A DNA stretch of 56,849 nucleotides, taken from a virus (lineage: Duplodnaviria > Caudoviricetes). Shown piece by piece: positions 16,597 through 25,877 of this stretch. How positions within the stretch are numbered: position 1 is the first letter of the stretch; each line of letters opens with the position of its first letter. The DNA lies in the IMG/VR virus record IMGVR_UViG_3300019871_000001, positions 1 to 56,849 of that record, one strand, 5' to 3'. The notes beneath the pieces are model-generated. The model did no database searches and was not told where the DNA came from. It was given only the letters and a program-made list of their open reading frames with translations. The position numbers were made by a program, and so were the translations under genes.

Positions 16597-19077
16597 ATGC
16601 AGACTCAGGGAGGGGTGGCGGCCGAAACCGTCATCACATCATCGAACCGTCATTTCCGTGCGCGTCTTCAGTTCGATTGGGACAACAACGGGCTGTTTGC
16701 ACATTACCTCTCGGATTTGTCACGCCTCGCTACAACTATCTCTACAGACCGCGCGCTTAAGGGTTCGGCCCCCGAAGACGTAATGATCATTGAGGGCAGT
16801 AGTGCTGCTGAACTGAAGGTTGTTGTCGCCGGTTATGATAACACGGCGGCGCTTCCTTTCACTGCTGTGTTCTCTCCATACAACGGTTTGTCACCATTGT
16901 ATGCAAAGCAGCAGATCGGCATTGAGGTCAAGTATGACATTGGTGTTGACACAGCGCTAGGCACTGTGTGGTACCCTCAGTTCATCGGTAATATCACATC
17001 CATCACCCCCGATCGCGGTAGTGGTGAGGTGGAGATTGTTGCGTTGGATCGTGTGGAGAAGTTGCGTAAGCCTGTAATCCTTGCGCCTTGGGCTGTCTCT
17101 GATTATTACAATGGGTTGGGGCGCACGGAAGCACAAAAGGCTGACACTCAGGTTTTCATTCAGAACTGTTTGCAGAACTGTGATGTCAGCGCTACGCGTC
17201 GCCGTCCAACCTATCGCTCCGAGTTGTTTGTTCCTGATGATGCTCTTGATGGCGTCGGTATCTTTGTTCCTGGCGCTGGTGGGATGAACCCTAGTGTTGG
17301 GTGGATTGATAACGCGGGCGCTCAGACATACCCTACAAATGATGTGCCCAAGTATCAGTTGAGCGCTCAACCACACCCTCTATCACCTGACCAGGCTCAG
17401 AAGGTATTTGCGTTCAGCGCAATGGGAGCTAACAGTGATGGCGACTACTTGAAGTATTGGGTTGCTAACCGCGACTTGACGCGTGTTACGGGCGCTCATT
17501 TCATGGCGTTCACAATGTCAACAGCGGCAGGGTTCCCTAACTCCAACTGGCATGTCACAGCACCACTGACAACGATGTACGAATACCGCGCGGGTAACGG
17601 CATTGTTCTTAGCATTCAGTTGCAGAACAATGAGGTTTGGGTGCGCGTAGTTAACTCTAACAATGGCGGAGTTTACGACTCCTCTCACACAACAATCCCA
17701 TCTGGCCAGGAGAGTGTGGAGATTGTTGGTGTTGTTGGCATTTACACAGACGCTACAAACACGCGCGGCTACATCCGTGCGGGCTCCAATCAGAATGTGT
17801 TTGGGGCGTTCGGTCCTGCCATCGATCCTTCTTCATATCCTTTCGATCAGTTGCAGGGTTTGTTGATCACGCGCCACCGTGTAGCTACGTTTGATGTTGC
17901 TTATGCTTTCCGTAACTTTGGCATGCCGACACAGCCGACTGAAGATAGCATGTGGAGGCAGGCAAAGTATGCTGCTGTATTGGATCAGGGCGCTAATTCC
18001 ATCTCATTCAACCCTGGCGTTAATGGTAAGGACGCGTGGGATGTAATCACGGATCTTGCAGCCGCAGAATTTGGTAGCGTGTTTTGGGATGAGAATGGTG
18101 TGTTCAGGTTCTGGAACTACAACACCGTTAAGAACAAGCAGAACACAATTGTGCGTACGATTGGGTTGAAGGACCTTGAGGGTCTTGAGATCAGTAACAC
18201 CTTGGATAGTGTCCGTAACATCTACTCAGTTCAGGCTGACAGGATGTCCACGGTTCAGACTAAGGTGTTCGAGGCGAGTGCTTACGATCAGTTTATCATT
18301 CCTGCATACACCGTTCGTGACTTCATCATTTACGATGACAGCATGCAGTACGTGGAACCATATCGTTTCCAGAGGTACACAGCTTGCACCACAGGCCCCG
18401 CTGCCCCTCCAACATTTCCTGCATGGAACGATCAGTGGTCGCACCATGGTTACGTGATGCAGTTGGATTATACCCCTGTTGGTCAGGGATGGCATGAGCC
18501 TAACTACAACAATGTAGTCTTGGACATCTACTGTTTCTTCAATAATGACGGGCAGATGGTTGTTCGCATTACGAACCCTTGGGGCGAGACTGCGCGCCTC
18601 GCGGTAGCGAATGGCGATGGTGCCACTGCTAGGGCTGAGAACAAGGGTGCGCTACGTATTGATGGTACGAAGATCCTTAAGGGTGACACGACCACCTTCC
18701 GTACGGCTGATAATGATAGCGTTCGTAAGTACGGCCCTCGTAACTATGAGGCGACGGGCGACTGGTATCAGCAGAGCTATAACGATGAAGGACTGCTAAA
18801 CGTCCTCATTCCACGCACATCTAAGCCCATCCCAACAACACAGGACATCACGATGGCCGGTGACCCGCGCATTCAGCTTGCCGACACCATGGCATTGATT
18901 GATCCTGATGGGTTTGGTGAAGAGATGCGTGTTCAGGTGTTCGGTATCAATCGAACGCTAACGTCAGATGGCGGATTGACAGATACTTTGAGTGTCGAGA
19001 TGCTACGTCCTGCTGCGCTTGGTATTTGGGATTCATCTCAGTACGGGCGTTGGGACCAGAGTTTGATTTGGAACTGA
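16597..19077 (+). CDS. minor tail / baseplate hub protein
   Basis: 826 aa; AEFGSVFWDENGVFRF, GDPRIQLAD hub-like motifs. Confidence 0.75.
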   Translation: MQTQGGVAAETVITSSNRHFRARLQFDWDNNGLFAHYLSDLSRLATTISTDRALKGSAPEDVMIIEGSSAAELKVVVAGYDNTAALPFTAVFSPYNGLSPLYAKQQIGIEVKYDIGVDTALGTVWYPQFIGNITSITPDRGSGEVEIVALDRVEKLRKPVILAPWAVSDYYNGLGRTEAQKADTQVFIQNCLQNCDVSATRRRPTYRSELFVPDDALDGVGIFVPGAGGMNPSVGWIDNAGAQTYPTNDVPKYQLSAQPHPLSPDQAQKVFAFSAMGANSDGDYLKYWVANRDLTRVTGAHFMAFTMSTAAGFPNSNWHVTAPLTTMYEYRAGNGIVLSIQLQNNEVWVRVVNSNNGGVYDSSHTTIPSGQESVEIVGVVGIYTDATNTRGYIRAGSNQNVFGAFGPAIDPSSYPFDQLQGLLITRHRVATFDVAYAFRNFGMPTQPTEDSMWRQAKYAAVLDQGANSISFNPGVNGKDAWDVITDLAAAEFGSVFWDENGVFRFWNYNTVKNKQNTIVRTIGLKDLEGLEISNTLDSVRNIYSVQADRMSTVQTKVFEASAYDQFIIPAYTVRDFIIYDDSMQYVEPYRFQRYTACTTGPAAPPTFPAWNDQWSHHGYVMQLDYTPVGQGWHEPNYNNVVLDIYCFFNNDGQMVVRITNPWGETARLAVANGDGATARAENKGALRIDGTKILKGDTTTFRTADNDSVRKYGPRNYEATGDWYQQSYNDEGLLNVLIPRTSKPIPTTQDITMAGDPRIQLADTMALIDPDGFGEEMRVQVFGINRTLTSDGGLTDTLSVEMLRPAALGIWDSSQYGRWDQSLIWN

Positions 19078-19084
19078 GGATAAT

Positions 19085-19627
19085 ATGGCTATTGTAGCTA
19101 TGGCGAATGCTGTCGCTGGTAACATTGCCGTGGCAGCAGAGTACAACAAGGTTGTTGCAAACATTGTTGACCTTGATACGCGCGTTCAGGCTCTTGAGGC
19201 AGGAACGTCTAGTATGCTGGGTGCTAAGGCCCGCCAGGTAACACCAACAGGTGTGAATGGTATTGGTGCAACTGAGACGTTCATCTCCCAGATTACATTT
19301 ACTGCGTCCGCAGGTAGGCGTTATCGTGTTCTGTGGGATGGTCAGTTGGTGTACAGCAACTCCGATTACTTCAACTTGGTGGGGCGCTGGGCAACAGGTG
19401 CTACTGTCACAGCGGCGGGAACACAGTTCTATTTCCGTAACGTCAGTGGTGGCACGCCAGGAAACTGGGAAGGTCCACGCACTATCATCGCCGAAATCAC
19501 TGGTATGCCAGCGGGTCAGGTTACTGTGGGATTTTCGTTGAAGCGTTCGAGCGGAACTGGAACTGTTGATGCACGTGCTGATGCTAACGATCAGAGGCGC
19601 ATGTATATCGACGACATCGGAGTGTAA
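19085..19627 (+). CDS. minor tail protein
   Basis: End of tail module; beta-rich C-domain. Confidence 0.6.
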   Translation: MAIVAMANAVAGNIAVAAEYNKVVANIVDLDTRVQALEAGTSSMLGAKARQVTPTGVNGIGATETFISQITFTASAGRRYRVLWDGQLVYSNSDYFNLVGRWATGATVTAAGTQFYFRNVSGGTPGNWEGPRTIIAEITGMPAGQVTVGFSLKRSSGTGTVDARADANDQRRMYIDDIGV

Positions 19628-19647
19628 CCCCTAACGGAGGAATTGCT

Positions 19648-19977
19648 GTGAATTTCACAGACATCCTCGCGGCACTTCCAACGCTAGGACCCATTGGTTT
19701 GGTGCTGTTGATCCTTGCCTATGTCGGTAGGCAATGGTTGAGCAGCGATTCCAGGTACAAGGCAGAGTTGGAGCGTCTCGACACCGCACATCAAGCGGAG
19801 TTGGAGCGCATCAGCGCGTCGCATGAAGAGCAATTGAAGGGTCTTCGCTTTGACATCACTGAACTGAGGCGTGAAATCGGTGAGCTTCGTGTTGAGCTTA
19901 ATGCCGAGCGTCGGGCACGCATGGAAGCACAAGAGGAAGCACATCAAATTCGACTTCAGTCGGGGACTGATAAGTAA
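19648..19977 (+). CDS. membrane protein with coiled coil (lysis cassette)
   Basis: N-terminal TM then heptad repeats; upstream of lysin. Confidence 0.6.
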   Translation: MNFTDILAALPTLGPIGLVLLILAYVGRQWLSSDSRYKAELERLDTAHQAELERISASHEEQLKGLRFDITELRREIGELRVELNAERRARMEAQEEAHQIRLQSGTDK

Positions 19978-20591
19978 TGACAACAACAGAACCACTCCAC
20001 CGTACAAAGAGGGCCATCTATGTAGTGTTGCTATGCGTAGCACTTGTTTGTTCAGCGTTCGCTCTTTACAATCAGTATGCAAGCGATAGCACGTCGAAGT
20101 CTCTCGGCGATCAAGTAACACAGGCTTGTCAGCAGAATCGTGTCTTGGCGATGGCACAAGGATTGAACTGTGATCAGGCTAAGGACGCCTCCCAGGGTAA
20201 CCCTGTGATCAAGGGAGAAAAGGGAGATAAGGGCGATCGTGGAGACATGGGATACGCTGGGCAGGATGGCATGTCGATTACTGGACCTGTAGGACCCTCA
20301 GGAGCGCCTGGAGCTAAGGGCGAGAAGGGTGATACCGGAACAACGGGTGCCACAGGCGTTAAGGGAGATCCTGGCGTTGCGGGGGAGAAGGGCGAAAAGG
20401 GAGAAAAGGGAGAAAAGGGAGACACAGGGGCGCAAGGCGATAAGGGCGATGTGGGAGATCGTGGTAGTGATGGGGAGCCCGCGCCTCGCATTGAATCAAC
20501 AAAGTTTGTTCCTGACCCATGCCGATTTCGTATCACACTTACCGATGGGTCATTTTATGACGCACCAGTACCGGAGGACCAATGTATGTAA
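19977..20591 (+). CDS. membrane-anchored collagen-like (Gly-X-Y) protein
   Basis: N-terminal TM; long GEKGDK-type triplet repeats. Confidence 0.8.
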   Translation: MTTTEPLHRTKRAIYVVLLCVALVCSAFALYNQYASDSTSKSLGDQVTQACQQNRVLAMAQGLNCDQAKDASQGNPVIKGEKGDKGDRGDMGYAGQDGMSITGPVGPSGAPGAKGEKGDTGTTGATGVKGDPGVAGEKGEKGEKGEKGDTGAQGDKGDVGDRGSDGEPAPRIESTKFVPDPCRFRITLTDGSFYDAPVPEDQCM

Positions 20592-21466
20592 ATGATCTTG
20601 CAAGCATGTTGCGTGCAGGAGGAATGAATGTTGTTGAAGTTGGTGGATGGCAGAGTCGTAATCATGGTTCTCTGAAGACCGTGTCATCTATCATCTGTCA
20701 TCACACTGCTGGAGCAGCGACAGGTAATTTTCCATCATTGAATGTCGTAACGTATGGTCGATCTGACCTGCCCGGTCCACTATGTAATTTGGGCTTGGGA
20801 CGTGACGGTACTGTATTTGTTGTGTCTAATGGCACTGCGTGGCATGCGGGCGCGACAATCAACGACAACATTTACGGCAATTACAATTCGTTGGGTATTG
20901 AGGCTGAGAACACAGGTACAGGACAGGCGTGGCCTGAGGTTCAGGTTAATGCGTACGCGAAGCTGTGCGCCTTGTTGTGCAAGCACTACGGCGTATCGGT
21001 GGATCGTGTAAAGGGTCACAAGGAAATTTGTTCCCCTGCTGGGCGCAAGGTTGACCCTGCCAATCTTCCCGGAGACATGAATGGTTTGCGCGCTCGCGTA
21101 ACCGGATACATTTCAGGTGGAGACACAGGAACCCCACCTGCAACGACAAAGGATGGTTTGGAACTTATGGAGCGCATTACAGTTAAGGCAAGCGCGGACA
21201 CTATAAGCATTCGTGTGCGCCTTCCAGGTGGGCCGAACGCTAAGATCATTGTGCGCCCGCCTGTAGAGGGTGGTGCTAACCCTGTGTGGTTGGGTAATGT
21301 CTATGCGTGGGGCAGCGACAAGTCTGGTGTTGGGGGTAACCCTAAGAATATCGTTGGTTACAATCCTAAGATTGCGTACTCACGTAACGTTCCATTGGCT
21401 GAGGCTGTGTGGGCTGACGTCGAATACTCGTGCTACGAAGACTTCATCATTGAGGTGATTGGATAA
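20582..21466 (+). CDS. endolysin, N-acetylmuramoyl-L-alanine amidase
   Basis: ICHHTAG, AWHAG, LGIEAEN, KGHKE, RKVDP amidase_2 motifs. Confidence 0.92.
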   Translation: MYVNDLASMLRAGGMNVVEVGGWQSRNHGSLKTVSSIICHHTAGAATGNFPSLNVVTYGRSDLPGPLCNLGLGRDGTVFVVSNGTAWHAGATINDNIYGNYNSLGIEAENTGTGQAWPEVQVNAYAKLCALLCKHYGVSVDRVKGHKEICSPAGRKVDPANLPGDMNGLRARVTGYISGGDTGTPPATTKDGLELMERITVKASADTISIRVRLPGGPNAKIIVRPPVEGGANPVWLGNVYAWGSDKSGVGGNPKNIVGYNPKIAYSRNVPLAEAVWADVEYSCYEDFIIEVIG

Positions 21467-21468
21467 TT

Positions 21469-21726
21469 ATGTGGACTGCTAAGTTCTGGAAGGAAGCGAC
21501 GGAGCGCGCCATCAAGACGGCCGCACAGTTTGCCCTTGTGTTCCTCGGAGCAGATGGGGGTGGACTTCTCACGTTGAATTGGAATGTGGCCGGTATTGCT
21601 ATTGCTGGTGGAGCGCTCGCTTCATACATCACTAGTATCATCAGCGCCGCTACGCCTTCAGGGGAAATCACTCCGAACTTCCGTAGTGGTAAGACTACAG
21701 ATGGCAACCCTGACACGGACGCCTAA
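21469..21726 (+). CDS. holin (r1t-like)
   Basis: FWKEATERAIKTAAQ plus two hydrophobic segments; after lysin. Confidence 0.85.
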   Translation: MWTAKFWKEATERAIKTAAQFALVFLGADGGGLLTLNWNVAGIAIAGGALASYITSIISAATPSGEITPNFRSGKTTDGNPDTDA

Positions 21727-21736
21727 AAATTGATAT

Positions 21737-21777
21737 GGAAAAGCCCCACACATCATCGTGATGTGTGGGGCTTTTCC
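21737..21777. terminator. bidirectional terminator between convergent arms
   Basis: GGAAAAGCCCCACACATCA-TCG-TGATGTGTGGGGCTTTTCC. Confidence 0.9.
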
Positions 21778-21940
21778 TATGCGTCCTTGACACCCATCTC
21801 TAGAAACGCAAACGCTGTCTTGAACTCTCGCCTGGCAAGTTCCACGAAGTCTTCGTCGACATCAGGAGCACCACGTAGTGATCCTACCACGAGATAGACA
21901 CGCGCGCGGAGACGTTCGATGTCCTTGTCATACTGATGAC

Positions 21941-22147
21941 TCACACATCCTCCTCTGCTTCATCATCTTCATCGTCGGTGTTGATGGCGTTAGCAATGGC
22001 CTCACATGCTCCTGCCAGCCCCATCAACAACACAAATACAATCCCACCAATTAGCAATGCCATCATCGTTGCGCCGAGAGCGACGAATACATAACCCACG
22101 CTCCCTAGAACGATAATCAAGGCTAGGCATCCTCGCATCTCGATCAC
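21941..22147 (-). CDS. small membrane protein
   Basis: Two TMs with acidic tail. Confidence 0.6.
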   Translation of the reverse strand: MIEMRGCLALIIVLGSVGYVFVALGATMMALLIGGIVFVLLMGLAGACEAIANAINTDDEDDEAEEDV

Positions 22148-22250
22148 TTCCCTTCGCTATTTAACCCACATGTCCTCATCAATGATGTTACTTTCTAACT
22201 CCAACAGGTTTTGAATCGCTTGCTCTGCGTCAAATTCTTCATCGTACAAC

Positions 22251-22808
22251 TCACAACCCCAATTCGTTGATCAACTTCTGCGCCGCATTGCTGAGATCTT
22301 GCCGTGTACCGTTGTTGAACACAACACGATCAACTGCGATATCTCCCACTGAAACATCAGAAGTGTGTGCATTAACAGGGCCAAAACCATCGCGCACAAT
22401 CCTCACCATAACACCACCATACGCCTTAACCAACGTTGCCTCATTGGCGTATCGCACACCTGTGATGGCTGTGTGCACCCCGTCCTCTTCGTTGGCGATG
22501 ATGGTGCGCTCAGCAACACGCAACCACACGTCCTGCCCTAGGATGTTACGACAAGCTTCCGTGCCCAGTACTTGAAGATATTCGCGAACGCCCTTGTGAT
22601 TCTTCGCTTCAGTGTACCCTTCCCTATTCACCACGTCAACGTAACTGTACCAATCACGTTGGTCATCTGACAGAATAGGATTCAGCACCATTGCCATCTT
22701 ATGCAAGGGGTCGGAGAATGCCATGGTTCGTGTGCGGGAGCGCAAGGCAAGGGATTTGGCGAACTCATCCTTCCCTGCCTGTGCGTAGCCTGTAAGCCCA
22801 ATGATCAT
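22251..22808 (-). CDS. deoxynucleoside monophosphate kinase
   Basis: MIIGLTGYAQAGKD P-loop; REYLQVLGTE; VRYANE. Confidence 0.88.
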   Translation of the reverse strand: MIIGLTGYAQAGKDEFAKSLALRSRTRTMAFSDPLHKMAMVLNPILSDDQRDWYSYVDVVNREGYTEAKNHKGVREYLQVLGTEACRNILGQDVWLRVAERTIIANEEDGVHTAITGVRYANEATLVKAYGGVMVRIVRDGFGPVNAHTSDVSVGDIAVDRVVFNNGTRQDLSNAAQKLINELGL

Positions 22809-22809
22809 G

Positions 22810-23001
22810 TTAGTCCTTAAACGCAGCGACAACGGCAATGATCATGAGAAGTACAAGGAACAACGCAAACCCAATCCACAGCGGAGAAAACACCCACCAC
22901 CACGACCACGCAATGACATTCGTCAGCTTCAGGATCACGAACGCTAGTGTAGTAAGACTGAGGATACCGACGCCACCACTGTTGTTAGAAGAGTCACTCA
23001 C
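22810..23001 (-). CDS. small membrane protein
   Basis: LKLTNVIAWSWWWVFSPLW, a common phage membrane motif. Confidence 0.7.
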   Translation of the reverse strand: MSDSSNNSGGVGILSLTTLAFVILKLTNVIAWSWWWVFSPLWIGFALFLVLLMIIAVVAAFKD

Positions 23002-23143
23002 TTTTCTGCCTCCTTTTTCTTCTCGTTCTTTTTCTTGAGCTCCTTGATCACCTTGTCATAAACAGGTGTCGGCTCCTTCTTCATTGATGGTAGCACTCCA
23101 CTCACCTTCTTGTCAACTGCTTCTGTAAACCACTTACTCGCCA

Positions 23144-23491
23144 TCATTCATCCCAACGTTTGGTGTTCTTGTTGCGCCCCGCCGCATCGTACAATTCGTA
23201 GTCGGAACCGCCTACCTGTGACTTAGAGTGCCCGATGCACAGTTTATTACCCTTACACTTCCCACGCTTGCAAGGATCGTTACGCGTCACCTTCCCCTTA
23301 ACCTTCGCAACAACACGACTCTTCGTCTCAATTTTAACTTGGCGCTTAACGATCTTAGGTTCGACAGTCCCCTTGCGCGATGCCGCCTTCTTCATGTTCC
23401 TATGCGCAGTATCGCATTTACTCTTCGTGTCAAACCACACAACGTTACTACCTGTGCGCACACCGTACTGTGTTTCAGTCTTACCAAACAT
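23144..23491 (-). CDS. basic hypothetical protein
   Basis: ORF track; Lys-rich with Cys cluster. Confidence 0.6.
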   Translation of the reverse strand: MFGKTETQYGVRTGSNVVWFDTKSKCDTAHRNMKKAASRKGTVEPKIVKRQVKIETKSRVVAKVKGKVTRNDPCKRGKCKGNKLCIGHSKSQVGGSDYELYDAAGRNKNTKRWDE

Positions 23492-23673
23492 TACAGGCGC
23501 TCCTCTCGAAGTTCAGCTTCCCTAATTGAAGGGTCAGCAGCCATCTTAGCACGTGTAGACTTAGCCTTTGCCAATGACGTACCAGAAGGCAAGCGCTTAA
23601 CTCTCCAATCTCTATCATTGTGCTTCTTGTATGCGATCCTGAAGATCCGTGTAGGTTTTCCAGCCATGCGGCA

Positions 23674-23702
23674 ACACTAGCCCATCATCGTGAGGTTGTC
23701 AA
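23674..23702 (-). promoter_or_regulatory. sigmaA-type promoter
   Basis: TTGACA-17nt-TAGTGT on minus strand, after the hairpin closing tRNA array 2. Confidence 0.65.
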
Positions 23703-23756
23703 CCCCCAAATGAAACAACCCCTCGCACAGTCGGTTAGACCATACGAGGGGAAGCG

Positions 23757-23830
23757 AGCCACTGACAGGAATCGAACCCGCGTACTCCATCTTACAAGGA
23801 TGGCGCTCAGCCAACATGAGCAACAGAGGC
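23757..23830 (-). tRNA. trnT: tRNA-Thr(TGT)
   Basis: Arm CCATC-CTTGTAA-GATGG; T-loop TTCGATT. Confidence 0.9.
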
Positions 23831-23917
23831 ATACCGACTTTATGGCAGTCGTCGCCACCCAAATCCATGGGCGTCCCGTTCATGCTAAGGATTTTACGGG
23901 CAACTATGTTTTTAACG

Positions 23918-23989
23918 TGGGCCCACACAGCATCGAACTGTGATCTTCCGGGTAAGAGCCGGAGGTTTTACCAATTATACTATAGGCCC
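23918..23989 (-). tRNA. trnK: tRNA-Lys(CTT)
   Basis: Acceptor GGGCCTA/TGGGCCC; arm TCCGG-CTCTTAC-CCGGA. Confidence 0.88.
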
Positions 23990-23993
23990 AATG

Positions 23994-24353
23994 TCACCTG
24001 TAACGCTTTTGATACTCTCTCTTTAGTACAGCGCACCTATCACAGTAGCAGTTCTTCTTACCACTGATACCCTCGCCGTGATCCACGCTCTGTTCGGTTC
24101 CTGATTTCTTAGCGTGGCATGACTTGCATCGTAGCACACACTTCTCAAGTTCCGCAACTACCTTACTGCGCTTATGAGTAATGCATTTTCCTACGTCGAA
24201 AGATTTAGTTGTTCGATCAACATGGTCAAATTCTAGCTGAGATACGGTACCACAGTCTACACACTTCCCGCCAAGCATGTCTACGTATTCTGCGCGTAGC
24301 CTGTGGTACCGCTTACTCATGTATGCTTTCATGTACTCGTTTGAATTGCTCAT
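23994..24353 (-). CDS. HNH endonuclease inside tRNA array 2
   Basis: GGKCVDCG...LEFDHVD...KCVLRCKSCHAKK. Confidence 0.88.
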   Translation of the reverse strand: MSNSNEYMKAYMSKRYHRLRAEYVDMLGGKCVDCGTVSQLEFDHVDRTTKSFDVGKCITHKRSKVVAELEKCVLRCKSCHAKKSGTEQSVDHGEGISGKKNCYCDRCAVLKREYQKRYR

Positions 24354-24417
24354 GAAAGCATACTACATTAAGAGTTCTAACTACGAAGTTAAGCGCCTCA
24401 CGTATGAAGCGCCGAGT

Positions 24418-24654
24418 TTAGTATCCGAACAACTCTTCCATGCGTGCGGAAATTTGAACTTCGTGCCTAACATCTTCCGAATCTACATAGTAGATGTGAA
24501 CTTCATGCACGTCATACGAGCAAGTTTCACATCCGCCCGTGTTGTATGACTCTTCGTAGTAAGATGTGACACGCACCACATCTTCAATCTCATGTTCCTC
24601 ACGCAAGAACTCCGCTAGGAACTCATGGAAGCGATCCTTCCACGTCTCTGCCAT
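24418..24654 (-). CDS. acidic hypothetical protein
   Basis: ORF track; GGCETCSYD motif. Confidence 0.65.
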   Translation of the reverse strand: MAETWKDRFHEFLAEFLREEHEIEDVVRVTSYYEESYNTGGCETCSYDVHEVHIYYVDSEDVRHEVQISARMEELFGY

Positions 24655-24675
24655 CTTGTCAACCCCTTCCTTGAG

Positions 24676-24746
24676 AAAGTTGCCCCGGAGTTGAACCGGG
24701 CTAAGTAGATTTGCAGTCTACCACATAACCGCTCTGACAGCAACTC
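24676..24746 (-). tRNA. trnC: tRNA-Cys(GCA)
   Basis: Arm GTAGA-CTGCAAA-TCTAC; U73 discriminator. Confidence 0.88.
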
Positions 24747-24750
24747 ACGG

Positions 24751-24835
24751 CGGGGACAGGAGGATTCGAACCTCCGTCGCTGTTACACGATTCACTTTAG
24801 CAAAGTGATGCTATCGGCCGCTCAGCCATATCCCC
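24751..24835 (-). tRNA. trnS: tRNA-Ser(GCT)
   Basis: Arm TCACT-TTGCTAA-AGTGA; long variable arm; G73. Confidence 0.9.
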
Positions 24836-24841
24836 ATACTA

Positions 24842-25183
24842 TTATTTAACAACCCACTTACCATTCGCGTCTTTCACTTCCGTGCGAATGTTACGTGGAT
24901 CGTTGATTGAACGTTCAACTTCTGCACTTAGCAAATCGTCTCGTCCAACACGCTTCTTAATGTACAGTTGAAACTCAGGACTGTCAACCATACGCCTGAA
25001 CGCAAGCTTCTTGTTTTGCAACTGCGAACGCTCGTCTCTAGCTTCACCACGCGCCCCGCTCTCGTGGTGAATTACACGAACGCCCGTATCACGTTTGTTC
25101 TGATTCTGTCCACCCTTGCCGCCTGAGCGGAATGTTTGGACTTCACAATCATCAATCTTGACTGAGAACGCTAGCTCGCTCAC
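24842..25183 (-). CDS. GGQ-domain peptidyl-tRNA hydrolase / release-factor-like ribosome rescue protein
   Basis: TFRSGGKGGQNQNKRDTGVRVIH...ERSQLQNKKLA (RF-1 catalytic domain only). Confidence 0.9.
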   Translation of the reverse strand: MSELAFSVKIDDCEVQTFRSGGKGGQNQNKRDTGVRVIHHESGARGEARDERSQLQNKKLAFRRMVDSPEFQLYIKKRVGRDDLLSAEVERSINDPRNIRTEVKDANGKWVVK

Positions 25184-25254
25184 GGGCTGTCTCCCAATCT
25201 AATTCGTTGGCGTCTTCTACAATGACCAATAGATAATCTTCAATGTTTTTCATG

Positions 25255-25335
25255 CGGAACCCTGAGGAATCGAACCCCACGCTTGACGCGCCCTACGGTT
25301 TTCAAGACCGCTTGCCTCCATAGGCGGAAGACTCC
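25255..25335 (-). tRNA. trnS: tRNA-Ser(TGA)
   Basis: Arm GCGGT-CTTGAAA-ACCGT; long variable arm. Confidence 0.85.
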
Positions 25336-25339
25336 ATAC

Positions 25340-25419
25340 TGCACATAGTGGTAGGATTCGAACCTACGAATCGGTACCCTCCTCGGGCCCGTCGTGTGCC
25401 TCTCGACTCACATAGTGCA
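25340..25419 (-). ncRNA. tRNA-like RNA with non-canonical acceptor and anticodon arms
   Basis: Perfect T-arm GTAGG-TTCGAAT-CCTAC and D-like arm, but extended bulged acceptor and no U33 anticodon loop. Confidence 0.6.
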
Positions 25420-25422
25420 TTG

Positions 25423-25494
25423 CTCTCCCGTCTGGATTCGAACCAAAATCAGGCAGGTTCAGAGCCTGCTATCTTACCATTAGAACACAGGAGA
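25423..25494 (-). tRNA. trnQ: tRNA-Gln(CTG)
   Basis: Arm GCAGG-CTCTGAA-CCTGC; acceptor TCTCCTG/CGGGAGA. Confidence 0.9.
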
Positions 25495-25630
25495 TTAACG
25501 CGGTCCACGACTCCGCACGGCAATCGTATGTATGCTTACCACATCATGCTGAACGTGGCCACAGTGCCGAGTGTTACTTGCGCGTAACTTTCGTGTATAA
25601 TATTGCGTCATGCAGCCCCGGCGGTGCACA

Positions 25631-25708
25631 TGGTACCACTGAGAGGATTCGAACCTCCGACGCCTAGCTTCGTAGGCTAGCGCTCTATCCAGACTGAGCT
25701 ACAGCGGC
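25631..25708 (-). tRNA. trnR: tRNA-Arg(ACG)
   Basis: Arm CTAGC-CTACGAA-GCTAG; encoded CCA. Confidence 0.93.
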
Positions 25709-25715
25709 ATGTGAT

Positions 25716-25850
25716 TTACTTCTTGATCTTCTTCAGCTTCGCCTTGGCGTGTACTCCACACAACCATAGCGTCTTCTTACCTGTAATAACAAGCTGTGTA
25801 GTAGCAATGTTACCACAGAAATTCGTGTCACACTTCTTATCTGACAACAT
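25716..25850 (-). CDS. small basic Cys/His protein (44 aa)
   Basis: GAGGAGG RBS; MLSDKKCDTNFC...LCGVHAK. Confidence 0.5.
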   Translation of the reverse strand: MLSDKKCDTNFCGNIATTQLVITGKKTLWLCGVHAKAKLKKIKK

Positions 25851-25877
25851 TCCTCCTCTTGTTATTAAATTGTTACG

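Noticed and set aside
20210-20480. Tandem DNA repeats GGAGAAAAG
   Set aside because: Explained by Gly-Glu-Lys collagen codons
25497-25630. tmRNA, hammerhead or pistol ribozyme
   Set aside because: GGGGCTG start but no tRNA-like 3' end or ALAA-type tag; CUGAUGA core and NUH site not matched; pistol pseudoknot absent
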